From NCBI GenBank assembly GCA_016748015.1, contig JAAOMT010000762.1:496001-560000 (forward strand): a DNA stretch of 64,000 nt, read 5' to 3'. This stretch comes from Geosiphon pyriformis uo1 (lineage: Eukaryota; Fungi; Glomeromycota). The position numbers and the translations under genes are program-made. The notes beneath the pieces are model-generated. The model ran no database searches, was not told where the DNA came from, and saw only the letters and a program-made list of their open reading frames with translations. This document shows positions 25,757-39,069 of this stretch, one piece after another. Position 1 is the first letter of the stretch, and every line of letters starts with the position of its first letter.

Positions 25757-26752
25757 ATGGCTCTTTGGCGTCCTTGGGGATTCGGCGGATGGAGTGGTGA
25801 TCAAAGTTCTGGACTGGGTGTTGGCCGTTATGATCCCTTTGGTAATTTTGATCGTGGCAATCTTGCTAGTCGTGCTATCAGAGACTTTAGAAGAGATATG
25901 GATCGTATGATGAATGACTTCTTTAGCGATTATGGCAACTTTGGATCCGATCAAGGAAGATCGGACAATCCTACGGGTGATGGAGATGCTCTGGTTAATT
26001 TCAGCCCCGCTGTTGACGGTTAGTGGGATCTTTTTTGCCATTTGATAATCTGTTGATGGAATCCGATTCTTAACCGAAAATTTATTTTCCCAGTTCGTGA
26101 GGAAGGCAATGAACTTGTAGTTCATTGTGAGTTTACTCTTGTTCTGCTTCTTGAATTGAACAAAAAAGATTTTTTTACCTTTTTTTTTTTCTTGTAAATT
26201 CAATTAAGCCGATCTCCCAGGAGTTCCCAAAGAGAACGTGAATGGTAGTATTTTTAATTTACATTGAATTTATGCGCGTGAAATTTTATCTTTTAAATAC
26301 TGATTTTTCAACCGTTACTTAGTTGAGATTCGGGGTAATAACCTCATCATAAGGTATGTCCTTTTCAATTTTGACCCTTTTCTCTCATCTTTATAACAAA
26401 TTTTTTTTTGCTGGGTTCTCAGTGGTGAAAGTAACAGAGAAGAAAATCGTCCGACCGAGTATGGAAGAATCAGGGAGCGTTCTTATGGTCGTTTTTTGGT
26501 AAGATTTTGCCATTTGACTTTTATTTTCTAAGCATAGATGTTAAATTGTATGACCATTTTCAGCGCACTGTTCCTTTGGGTGAAGCAGTTGATCCCGAAA
26601 AAGTAAAATGTCGTTTGGATCAAGGTGTTCTTGAAGTTAGGGTATGTCGAGATTTCTGGCTATTTTTGATCTTTAAGTGATTTAAAACTTAATTTAACCC
26701 TTTCAAACAGCTTCCACGCGTTCAAACTGGCAAACGCATTACTCTTGAATGA
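25757..26752 (+). CDS. Small heat-shock protein (HSP20/alpha-crystallin), 7 exons
   Basis: Exons 25757-26018, 26094-26126, 26209-26244, 26323-26353, 26423-26498, 26564-26641, 26711-26752. Motifs FSPAVDVRE, DLPGVPKENV, ERSYGRF, GVLEVRLP. TATA-like tataaag at ~25597. Confidence 0.92.
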
Positions 26753-28587
26753 GTTGGCTATTACATTTACTTGGTTCCAATATAAAATTGATGAATTATT
26801 CGTATGATTAATATTTTTTTGTCTTCTACCCTATAATGAATAGCCATAAGACTTACACTCTTAGTGATGTTTTGTAAAGAATAAATAAAGCCTGTTCTGT
26901 GTCAAAGTTCATTTAGTCAAATCTTTTCAATATGAATTACTGGAATCTTGTGAAACGAGGAAATTTTTAAACCACCTTTAATGCTCAAAATCGCCAACAA
27001 TTTTTAATGTTTTTCAAAAAAAAAAAAGTGAGACTCCCCAATACCTTCATAGTCTATTCAAGGATCATAAATGGTAATATACGAAGTTGTGATGTTTAAA
27101 ACAAATTTTGGAAAAAGAAACGTTCAATGAAAATTTTTTGAGTAGGCCTCTTTGAAAAACAGATATTTAAATTTAAAGGATTCTCTTCAACGATTGCTAA
27201 ATAAAGTTTCTGATCTGAAATGAGCAATTTGATATGATAAACGTTAGAACCAGTGATATAAATGCATATTTAAAATTTTCGAGAATCTGATTACATTAGA
27301 TCTGGAAAAAAAGTCCTTATCAAATCAAAAAAGCATTTAATATCAAAAGGCAAAATAAATCAACAAGTTTTGAAGATTTATTTCATTTTTATAACAATGA
27401 GATATCTATTTTACAATAGATTCTCAGGGAATAAAATCGAAACACCGTGACTTCCGCGGCATGTTTCCCTGATAACGCTGATATTCAAATTTTTTTTAGA
27501 CTAATCATTACTTTTTATTTACAAAAAAATTTTCTTTTGGATTGAATTTTGCTTTTAATTGGCAAGACTGATGGCAATTAAATTTTTTAATTTCTTAGTC
27601 AGAGGAGCGAGAATCAGGCAATGGTAGAAAGTTTTTGCTAAAAGCTATTGAATATTTTGAATCTATTAATGAGATCATAATTGTATTCAAGTTTTCAACG
27701 CTGAATTTCATTATCAATAAATAAATGCTTTTTTTATCTATAGTTGTACTTTTGGTAGTTTGAAATAATTTTAAATTTTAAATCCAAAATTAATTGCTCA
27801 AAAACACGTTGTCTTGTCATTCATAATTCTTCGATTATTTTGTAAAATAACAACCAACCAAGATTTAAAAAACTTTATATTTTAAAGTCCCATTAAATCA
27901 ATTGAATTTCTGTAGTTTATCATGATAGTATCCTCGTTCATTTCTTTCTTTATAGCGCTCAAAATAAACTTGTGTTTCTAGAGGATCTGGTATATTAAGC
28001 GGGTTTGTTCAAAAGTTATTCGGTTGTTGTTTTTTGGAATTTCTTAATTGTGTTCTTTCAATTTATTTTAGAACTCATAATTTGGGTCAGAGATTAAGCC
28101 TGACATGCTATATTGGAGAAATTAAATGTCAAATTGCATTTGTTTTAATGTCAAATTTTATACCTTTCACATTCAAAAAAAATCTACCATGTGAGTTCTA
28201 AAATTTATGGTGCTTTGGACGCGGAAAATTGACAGGACTTTAATAACCCTCTATTTTGGTAAAGTGACCAAAGTATTTCGCTCAAACACATTAAGTCACA
28301 AATTAAAAATATATTGTCGCTTGAGCAAGAAATTATTTAGGGTATATTTGTATTAGGTCACCTACATTGAAAATTTATTCGGACAAAAAATATGTTACAT
28401 TCTCAAAACTTTTATTAATAAATTTAGGATTACTTAAAAAACCAGTCAACTTATTATTTGAAAAAAGATTTATTAATCGGGTTTCAACTGGACTATTACT
28501 GAGATGATAAACAAGCTAGCTAGACAAAAAATAAAAAGCCCCAAGTAGAAAAAATTAACAAATAGCCTGCGGAATCAAAACCTTGGC

Positions 28588-29507
28588 TTATTGGATAGGA
28601 ACGCGTTTACACGCAGCTTCCGTGGTACGTGGGATCTAGAGGTCAAAGATTAGGGTATTAGATTATGTTAGATTAATAGTTTGCCAGAAATTGCATACCC
28701 TAACTTCTAGAACTCCATGATCAAACCGAGCTTGAATTTTTTCAGCGTCAACACCCCCAGGCAAACGAATATTACGCTATGTTAAAAAAAATTAAATGTT
28801 ACTAAAGATATATATCTTTTTTTTTTAAAAAAATAAATTTCCACCATAAATTTTCCAGCACGACGTTCATTGATTAAGGTTTGCCCTTGCGTTTCTTCTT
28901 TGGGAGCTTCGCCACTAAATCAAAAAATCGAAATAATTTCACTTCTAAAATTGTATTTCAAATGTTTAAACGACTTACCTGATGACAAGCTTATTTTCGC
29001 GTAATTCAACTGTTGAAGTATGAAATATAAATTATAGCATTTGTAGAAAAGTGAAGATAATTATTACTTACCGTTTACTTTTTCCTTAGGAACACCAGGA
29101 AGGTCAGCTATATCCAATATTACTAATTAAACTATCATTCGGAAATCAAAAGGTTCATAAATTACGTCACATTAACCACTCACCATGAACTACAAACTCA
29201 TTGTCCAATTCACGAACTAATTCAAAGTTCATAAATGAATTAACCCCCTGAGAACTTATCATACGTAATTTCAAATAAAATAGGAAAACTCATTACCATC
29301 AATGGGGGGAGCCAATAAAACCCCTTGACCAGCAACTCGGCGATCTCTATCAAATCCGGTAAATGAAGCTGTAAACTCATTCATCAGGCGTTCTATTTCC
29401 CGCCTAAAACTTCCGAGGCCAAAAGGATCGTCGTAGCCAGAAATTAGACCTTCACGATTAACACCTTGAACGGTTTGACTTTGATTAGCCTGCTCTTTAG
29501 CGGACAT
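28588..29507 (-). CDS. Second small heat-shock protein (HSP20), 7 exons
   Basis: Spliced product: LAPPIDVRELDNEFVVHADLPGVPKEKVNVELRENKLVISGE...ERRAGKFMRNIRLP...ARFDHGVLEVRIP...VPIQ*. Stop at 28588-28590. Confidence 0.92.
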
Positions 29508-29919
29508 GACGAAGCAGAAGAAAGATTGAGTAGGATGTAAATAAATGGAATTGGTTTGTTCTAAATATCGTAGTCACTTTATAAACAACTTAAACAACTA
29601 GGCTACTAGCTTAAGTAGGAAATGAATGTAAAAATTATAGCATGTAGCTGCTTAAATCTGTTTCAGTGAACATAAAAAAAGTTGAATAAATTAAGCTCCC
29701 AATCGTCAAATAATTACCTCATTTTATCGTCTTATCCGATTGATATATTGAATGATGAAAGTTAATCAAAATTGAAAGGCTTATGCATATGATATTAGAA
29801 GAATCGAGAGACCTCCAAGTTTAAATGCTACTTCAAAAATTTTTGACGCTGAAAATCTTTGCAGAGTAAATCAATTACTTATTAAAACTAGATAGCAATG
29901 CATATCAGGTTCGAAACCG

Positions 29920-30650
29920 TGACAATGAATACCCCCACCTCCTTTTCTTGCTATCTCAGCTTTTCCTCTTATCTGCACACTAGACGACCAAGAAACTAGG
30001 ATATCTTACATCCTTGGTTTGAGGAAGGAAAGGTCACTGTCAAGATATCTTTGTTCTTAAAAAATCCCCAAACTAAAATCCCAAAAGGCAGCCATTACCA
30101 CTGTTGCCGCCACCACCAGCTTACCTTTAAGCACATGCCTCTAGTGCTAATCAAAAGAAAATTTCCAGCGACAAAAGTGACTTATTTCTCAATTTCAAAC
30201 CTATGAAATTTTTCAGCAATATCAGCCCAGGTGTCAATTTTAACCGAGTAAGGCTTGAGATCCTTTTGGAACGAGCAAGTTACGGAGTGGTCTCAAAGTT
30301 GTTGTTACCCATCACAACCATTGCCTTCAACAACCCGACGAGCATAAACTTTCCCGTAATATTCTTGTCAACAACACTGTCTTTATCTGCAAAATGTAAG
30401 GAAAATGAGCAGCTTGATATAAAAGAGAGCGCGAGAACGAGCAAAAAGGACAAGACAAAAACTAGGATAACGACAGCACGCAACAAGCGGAGACGCTTGG
30501 AAGAAACTCTCCCTCGCACATTGCTGGTCAGGGTATACTCAACCATCCTCAAAAGTAATCGTTGAAGTGATGCGAGATTTTCCTTTAATGCCGTATTGGG
30601 TGGAACAAAAGGCGTTTTGTTGTGTTCAAGCAAAATGGGTTTGCAGAAAA
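29920..30650. other. GC-richer fragment of uncertain origin, possibly retroelement 5' region
   Basis: ccactgttgccgccaccacc resembles the minus-strand ccactgtcaccaccgcc at ~48680; the overlapping antisense ORFs show no recognisable domain. Confidence 0.25.
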
Positions 30651-31698
30651 AAAATCAGACAAAAGCCTAGAAATTTTCAACAAAAAGGCTTTTAGCACGA
30701 AGCTTTTTTAATATATAAAAATTCTAGTCCTAAAGCAACAGAAATCAACTTATCAATCAGGATAGATTGAGCACGATATTCTTTGAGTATGTATCCCTAC
30801 TTTCTAAGTTCAAAAATAATTATCTTCTTAGAATCCTGATACATTTAGATGAACAGTGTCTTTCCAAAAAGTTGTGCATTGAAAATCATTTGTTTTTTCT
30901 ACGAATTTAAGCGAATTTTACTAAGCAATCCAGCTTTTCAATCTAATTATTTCCTTTTTATTTACAGCTCAGTCAAAAATATACATAGACTAATATCTTT
31001 TACCCCATTAGCCACGCATACTTTTGACGATGAGACAAATAAAGCAATGATGAATTGCACCCCATTCTTACTCCAAAATGGGCGAGATTGCTAGGACTTG
31101 GTCTGCTCTTTCGAAGCACTTATGAAAATTTTCCCCTTTTGTTTTGGGAATGGCATATTGATGTAAGGTTTCTTTTGCAAGCAACTTGGAACTATTTGAT
31201 TGAACTATGGGTAAATTGTAACCAGTTTTTTACGACTATCATGCGCTGGAGTGTCAAGAATAGGAGGGCATTGCTTCAGTGGAAATTCTGCGAGGTTCTC
31301 CCGGCATTTGAATGAATTTCTGACGAGTTTCTGGTCAAAGCAATTCAATTTTTCATTTGGAGTAATAATGGTTCTTTTTCGATGATTGATTTCAAATAAG
31401 AAGTTTTTTTGGCAACAGGTTCCCATCAACAAGTCTTTTTTGCCCCAGAATTTGATGGTTTTTCATAGAAATCTTGAAGAGCAAAGATTTCAGTGCCAAA
31501 CATATTTCAATAAATTTTTGTTAGCAAAAAGCGCATACTAAATTTTTTTATGGCAACTCTGACTATAAAAATTTTGTCCTTTGGTAATAGCAAAATTCTG
31601 AAATTCTTTTACAAATAAAAAATGCGGGTATTCCAAAATAAAAAAATCATGCAAGGTGCAAATACTTTAATCGCATTTTTCCTATAATTCAAATGTTC

Positions 31699-32460
31699 TC
31701 ATCCATCTTCCCTGCACTCATCATGTAGACCTAGCAAAATTAAAGAAGCTTTAATTTCTTCGAGCTTTTCCATCAACTGGTTAAGCTCACTTTTTTTTTT
31801 AGGCAATTTTTCCTCCAAAATTGCCTTTCTTTGCTGTAATCGCTCTTCCGTTTCTTTTTTTTTTTTTCTTGATTGTTGTGCAGAGCGCCGATTAGCCTCC
31901 TTACGGTACTCTTCTGTTTTAGATAACTGAGCCTTGAAACCTGGCCGGCCTCGGCCCCTCCTTTGTAAAGGTATGTTGCACGCCAATAGTTCATTTGGAT
32001 TAAAAGTTGGGCAATCAATGTTTTGAATTGGAAGGCTATTTAAAATTGCGTTGTTTTGAACTGTAGTTTGGGATGGATAAGTGTATCCTTGCTCAATATA
32101 AGCATCAATGAGCGGATACGGAGCCATGGGTACTGTTGTCATTGGTGAATAAAATGGATTGAGGGATTTATTATCCCCATCCTATAAAGAGAAATTACGA
32201 TAATAAATAGAAAAAGCCATCTTGGGATCCATATTTGTATAACCTAAACTTACCTCGAAGGGTGGAATTGTAGTATGCATGATGGCGGAAGGCCCACAAG
32301 CTCCCATTAGCCTAATCAGTTAAATTTAAGTATTCTCCCTTACGAAGCTTTTAGAAACATCATTATAGTCATACGTGTCATTGATCAAAATGGGCGAATA
32401 AACAACTTGTGAAGGAATATTAAAATCGTCGGCATTATTTTCGAATATGGCGTATTCCAT
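31699..32460 (-). CDS. bZIP transcription factor with an AT-hook-like motif, 3 exons
   Basis: ATG at 32460; two GT-AG introns join in frame to ORF 31699-32142. Basic region RKEANRRSAQQSRKKKK, then heptad L...L...K...L...I; RRGRGRP lies upstream. Confidence 0.85.
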
Positions 32461-33197
32461 ACGAGTTCTAATATCTTTAATTATGAGGTTTTACCTAAAG
32501 TATAACTGAAATGGCCACGTTTTTATACAGATCCGTTTTAAAGTTCAAACTGTCTCATGAGAGGAGAAATTAAGCTTTTATAGCATGACAAATTTAAATG
32601 TCACTTTGACAACAAATAAATGTGAAAAATACTATTAAAGTACGCTTGATACTTTTTACACGTCATTTTTTATGACTATTTCGTAGACATTACTGATTAA
32701 TGTGGAATTGACTACAAAAATTGCTGGCATGACAAGAAAGATCAGCTATTGGAAAATTTTCTCTTTTTTTTATTTTTGAGCTTTACAAATGATTTCTTTT
32801 ATAAATTACATGAACAAAATTTTGCGATTAACTGATTAATTAATGAAAAAAAACTCTTTTCGTTTTTTAGTCTTGTAGATTTTATGTGCACAATCAGAGC
32901 AAAAGAAAAAAAGAAGCAATCACTATTTTTCATAACATAACTAAGAAACCAACAACTAAATACCTCAGAGATAGTTTGACAAAATTTTGTAAAAGTATTT
33001 CATTTAAACAATATAGATTTTAAAGCATTTTCTTTTTTTTGACTGAAAGTTTCTTTAGTTATCTTCATTACTTTTTAAGCAACTACTATTACCAATCAAT
33101 ATAATTTTACAGTTGAAAATCTTATTTTTCACTAGTTATCTTATGTATTAGCTAATTTATTTTTAAATAGTAATTATTGAGCGAACTATTTATTCAG

Positions 33198-33305
33198 TTG
33201 ACTTGATTATTAACCTAATTCTTGACCTAATTATTGATTCAGTTACTGATTTGATTATTGACCTAGTTGTTAACTCAATTATTGATTATTGACCTAGTTA
33301 TTAAC
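33198..33305. repeat. Degenerate 12-bp tandem repeat (consensus ~TTGACCTAGTTA)
   Basis: ttgacttgatta ttaacctaattc ttgacctaatta ttgattcagtta ctgatttgatta ttgacctagttg ... Confidence 0.75.
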
Positions 33306-33399
33306 TATATAAGCAAAGTCATTTTTAACTATAAAAAAATATTAGTTATTAAATCAAGTTTTTGAATTATTTTCTTTTCTATTACTTAATTTCTTACTT

Positions 33400-35150
33400 T
33401 TAAGTATCTGAACATTATTTGTAATAAAAAGTTACTTGTTGAAATTTAATATCTTTTTGATTTATGTTGTTAGAATTAATTTAAAAAGCAATTGGCTTGT
33501 TTTAATAATTTATTTAATAAAAACATAATTAAAAAATACAATATTGTTTGTTATTAATTTTAAAAATTACAAAGTAAGACATAAAATAATAATAGTAGTA
33601 TTATTTTATTAATAAATGTAAACAATTTTTTGATTTTTTGAAAAAATTAACAACTGTGATTTTCATAAGATTTAATTATACATATTAAATTCTTACATAT
33701 TTAATTTGCTTTTTTTATTAGAATTATTTTTTAATTATTTTTTATTATTTTAATAATCTTTTTTTGTCATTTATTATTTTATTACTTTAATTTATAACAA
33801 TAGTAATAACAATTTTTTTTGAAATTTCAAAGGAAATTTTTCTTCTTGGCATTTTCTGAAGTATTAGTTTTGTGTTTTTTAATAATTTTAAATTTATTGT
33901 CACTGTTTTACATCCAGTTTTTTTTTTAAAAAATAATGCTTTGGTTTTTCATTTGATGCTAATTTTTTTATTAATGTTTTAAAACATATTTTTATTTAAT
34001 CAAAAAATAGTTTTATTTATTTTAAAAGGTTAGTTTATTATAAAAAACTGTTATGTTTTTTAATATTATATTTAATAATTAAGAAGTTGTTACTAATTAT
34101 TAAGTATTTTTAGGCAATTGGTTTTTTTTGGTGTTTACTGTTTTTTAAAAATATAAATGGCTTATTTTAATACTGTATTTTAGTTATTATATGGCTTATT
34201 TGGTTTCAAATTAACTATTAAAAACAATATTATGCTGTTTTGTATAAAATTTGTATCTTAAAAATTTTTAAATATTGTTATTAAATTATTTTTATTATAT
34301 TAAAAATTGCAAAATTTGTTTTAATTTTTGATTTTGTTTTTTATTTAATTGTTATTGTATTTTGTAATCTTTTATTTAACATATTTTTTAATAACATTAG
34401 AAAACTTTTAAAGTATTTGATAAATTGTTGCTGTTTAACTAAAATTTCTTAATATGTTGTAATTTATCTTAAAATTCAGCTTTTGTTGACTTTACTTTTA
34501 ATTATTAATTAATTTTAATAAAAAAAAACAGTTTAAAATTTTTTTGTTAAATTAAAAACAATTATTAGTTTTAAAGCCAAATTGGGTATATATTTTAAGT
34601 TGCATAGTTTTTAAAACTAATAATATAATTAAGTAGATTTGTAATTAAACATATATTATTTTCCAGTATATAAGCCTAATTATTACCATAAATATGCAAT
34701 TGTAATTTTTAAAACCCAAAAAGCACTTAATATTGCTTTATTAAAATTAGTACTTCAAAAAAATTGTATTTTATAAACAACTTTTATCTGTTAATAATGC
34801 TATAAGTATTGAATTTAAAATTATTTAACTTAATTTGTTAAATTTAATTCATATGTTTAAACTACTAGTTAACATATATAATTATGCATAATTGCTATTA
34901 CTAATCAAATTTTACCTTAGAAATTATTATTAAATTTTATTATTAACTTAATATTAATTAATATTTTACAAAGCACTATTAATACAATATTTCAGATTTA
35001 TACATTAATTCTTAATTATAACTAAATACTATATTATTTTGAAATATATAGCAATAAAAACTTCCAGCAATTTAAACTAAAATTTTTATAAAAGCAAAAG
35101 TATTAAAACCAAAAATACTATTCAAAAGTTGTTCGAAAAAGCTTATCTTT
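33400..35150 (+). mobile_element. Decayed LINE ORF1 remnant
   Basis: aaaacaatattatgctgttttgtataaaatttgtat (~34221) and ttttaaagccaaattg (~34569) are shared with the 7150-8500 copy. Confidence 0.55.
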
Positions 35151-35167
35151 TCAAAAATTGTATTTTA

Positions 35168-35211
35168 TTTTTTTATTTTTTATTTATTTATTTACGAATG
35201 CAGCTCAGCCA
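35168..35211 (-). mobile_element. Ultra-short (44 bp) LINE 3'-tip insertion with 15-bp TSD
   Basis: TSD aaaaattgtatttta at 35153-35167 and 35212-35226. Insert is a T-rich tail plus acgaatgcagctcagcca, matching acgagtgcagcccaacca at 3119. Confidence 0.8.
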
Positions 35212-35799
35212 AAAAATTGTATTTTACAACAGAATATGAGTTTCAATACTTGAAATAAATAAAATTTATTAAAAACAAATTTTTTTGACCAAATTATCAT
35301 AAAAAAAAATTTTATTTCTTTTTACTATAAATTAATAATTTTACAGTTGCTTAATTACAGATTTCATATATATTAGTTTTATTTTAGATTATTAAATAAT
35401 ATTATAATTATTTTATAAAATTAACTTTAAAATATTAGAATTTAAATAAAGTATTATTGAATTAAAAATTGATTGAATTTTGAATAAACTAAATGTTTTT
35501 AAAATATTTTGGTTATTATACCTAAAATATAATATTATTAAAAATTGTTTAAAAATATACGACCGATAACAATTGCTTATGTACTTAAATTAAGTTATAA
35601 AAAGTAAGCCAATGATATATATATATTTGATTAAAATTTTAATTAATATTACAACAATTGAAATTAGCCAGATTTTTAACAATAATATATAATTGTTGCA
35701 CAATAAAGTAACTATACATTCAGTTAAATTAAGAAAAAAATTCTGATAAAATTATTAATGTACTTAGTAAAAAATAAAGAAATTTTTTTAAAATTCAAA

Positions 35800-38750
35800 T
35801 TGAAAGTTTGGTTTTGGTTATTGTCAATTTGGCTAACTCTATAATATAATTTCTTATTAAACTAGTACAGTTTTATATTATATTTATAAAATAGAAATCT
35901 TTATTTAATTATCATATTGGATATATGGTAATAATATTTTGAATTTTACATTAAAAAAGCTAAAAAATTGTATTAGTAAGCCTTTTTTCATGGAAAACAT
36001 TGGAACAGTTTTTATTTAAAAAAGTTTTAATTCTTAATTTAATACGGTCTTAAAGTAGGTTTAAATAATTAATTATGTGTAAAAACATGCAAATCAATTT
36101 TTTTTAAACATATATATAAAATATATAAACAGTAACTAAATTATCTTTTTGATTGTTTTTTATTATTCTTAATAACTATTTTATCTGTTATTTAATTAAC
36201 TTACTACTTAGGTCTATTAATTTTAAAGACTGTATAACTAAAAAAAACTAATTAACTTCGTTTTAAAAGCATTTTTAAAAGCAACAATTTTTTTAAAGAA
36301 CCAAAAAATTTAATACTGTTTTTGTATACAATAACAGACTAATAAATCAAAGTTTTTTAATAGAAACTGTGTTTTTATAATATACAATAATATATTGTTA
36401 CAAACTAGCTGGTTTTAATTATATTGCAATAATCTTACCAAATACATTAAGTATATTTTTAATATTATTAATTAAAAACATCTTATATTATAATTATAGC
36501 AAAAAAAACTTTAAAGCTACAATAAATTTAGTCTTTTTAAGCATAATGAATAAGAATAACTTTTTTATTTTAATGCTTAAACCAATATTTATAAATTTTA
36601 TATAATTAATTTTTGTCTTTATAATTATATTAAACATTAAAGCAAAAGCCACTTATTCAAAAAAAATTTGTTTATAGGTAATAATTTTTTAATTATTAAT
36701 ATTATTATTATATAGTATTTTTAAATCAAAAAAAGTAAAAAAATGTTTTTTATTATTTATTAAATTAACATTAATTAAATTAGTTTGGCTTTTTTTAAAA
36801 TAGAAGATATACCAAATAATTAGCACAAAACATAATCAAAATACAATGTGTTTTGTTATTATAATTAATAATAATCTGCTGAAAATGTTTTTATTAACCA
36901 ATACAATCTGATAATAATTTGTGTTTATTTTAATAAATAAGTTTTTATTGTTTATATTTAAATTAAAATTAACACAGTTGTTTATGTTTAAATTAAAACC
37001 GATTGTTTTTTAATAATATTAAGTTTAAACGAATTTTTTCAATTTTGTTTTTTTTTAGTTATAAAAGCAGTATTATTAATTAAATATAAAAACAAAAGCT
37101 TTGCTGGTTTAATGTTGTTAAAAGTTTTAAGATTTTTATTAATAGTGTTATGATTGAAACTTTTAATTTTTAGTTTTTATTTATTTACTTAATTATAGTT
37201 AGTTATATATATTAGTCACTAATATTATTAAATAGCCATTTTATTTTTAAAAATAGTCATTAATATGATTGACTGAATCATTGATTCTTTTTCGAAAGTA
37301 TATAAATGAAACTTTTCAAAGCTTTTTTTTTTATAATTTTTAGTTTTTATAAAGTATATTAAATAAATATTTACTAAAAAGTACAACTGATATCTGATAT
37401 TAAATTCTAAAAGTATTGACATAAAGCATAGAATTATACCAGTGTGTTATCTTTTTTTGACAGTACAGACTATTTTTCTATCTTCAGATTTTCTTGTTAC
37501 TTTTTGAAAAGAATAGTAACTAAGATATTTATAAAACTGATCTTATATATTAAATCTTTATTAATTCAATTTACTTATTAAAATTGAATTATCTTTTAAT
37601 TATTTTATCACAATACAATACTGTTCTTTCTTGCTATTTGTTAGCATATTACATCTAATTGTAACAATAGTTTTAACAACACTATAATATATCTTAAAAA
37701 AATGGTTAAAAATAACTTTAAAAAGTAAAAACCTATTTTTTGCTTTTTAATTTTGTAAATTTTATGTTTATAACCAAAACAAAAAAGAAAAAAGAAATGA
37801 CTTTTAAAATTTTTCTTGTTTCTATAAAAAATTATTACAATAATCTTATTAATTATAAAGACAATTAAAATATATAAAAAATTTTAAGAAAAAAAACTAA
37901 AATTTAAAAAGTTACCAGCTGTATTTATTAATTAAAGCAAAAAAAATTTTCTGTTTAAGTTTTTTTAAATTCTTTTATTAAGTCTAATTCTAATATAACT
38001 ATAACTGTTTACAAGAGTTTTAAGATTTTAAAAATTATTATTTTTAATAACTTTTTTATTATTATTTATTTTATTAATAAAAAATTTATCTATTTCATAT
38101 TTTATCATACTTTTTTACACAGATTATTTACAACTTTTCCAAAAATGTTTTCTTTTATTTTAAAATTTATAACAGATAAAATATCTATTAAAAAAACAAT
38201 AGTTTTTTTATAAGATCTTGTATTAATAAACAAGCTTTTAAAAAACCTAAAACTTATTACAGATTTAAATACTAACTTCAATGAATAAAATATTTTTATT
38301 TTATACTTAAAGCCAAATAATTCAAATTTTTATACTTAAAACAATACCAATAACTAAAAATCTTTTATTAAATATGACTTTTTTTAAGATAATAGTTTTA
38401 ACAACAGTAGTATTCATAATAACAGCATATTTTAGGTATTAAATAAAATTAAAAGACCAAAAAATAAACAAGTACAACTATGTACTTAAGAAACTAATTT
38501 ACTAATTTACTAATTTCAAAAACAGTATAACTAGAAAAAAATTAACCAATTTGGTCTTAAAATTTTTTTTTAAAATAATAATCTTTTTTTGTTTAATAAA
38601 AAAAATTCTAAGACTATTTTCTTTACAAAAACTAACCAGCAAGCCAAAGCAACATCCAAAACATATTTACTAACAGCATTTAGTAGGTTTAAACTTGACA
38701 AATTGGAAAATTTTCAAGTAGTCAAGAAGAAATTTATGACTTTTTGTATA
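35800..38750 (-). mobile_element. Decayed LINE ORF1 remnants (at least two copies)
   Basis: The segment aaaaaaactaattaacttcgttttaaaagc (~36241) and aaaaaattaaccaatttggtcttaaa (~38536) recurs at 47790 and 56455. Confidence 0.5.
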
Positions 38751-39069
38751 TATCTAAATTAAATGACATAGTTTTGGTCACAAAATTTATGTTTCAAGAT
38801 ATTAAATTACTTTTACAAGTCAATATTTTTACCTTAATTAGTTTAGAAATAATTATAGTAGCATAAAAGCCTTTTTCAATCTTTTTGAGTGTTTTATTCA
38901 AATCCAGCAGAACTTATATTTTTTTTCTACTTTTTTGAAAAAATATTCTATGTCTTATTTTTTTAACTTCATTAGTCCTGTATTGAAGTTTTTTTAGCCA
39001 TAATAATCTAATTTAGCTCTTAGTCAAATTAATATTCTAAATATTTGTATAATTAGAAAAATTTAATTG

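Noticed and set aside
29900-29925. GGTTCGAAACC T-loop-like motif
   Set aside because: No surrounding tRNA stems.
30203-31500. ORFs 30203-30565, 30280-30633, 30849-31094, 31055-31315 and 31205-31432 as genes
   Set aside because: Overlapping, no recognisable domains and no consistent splice model.
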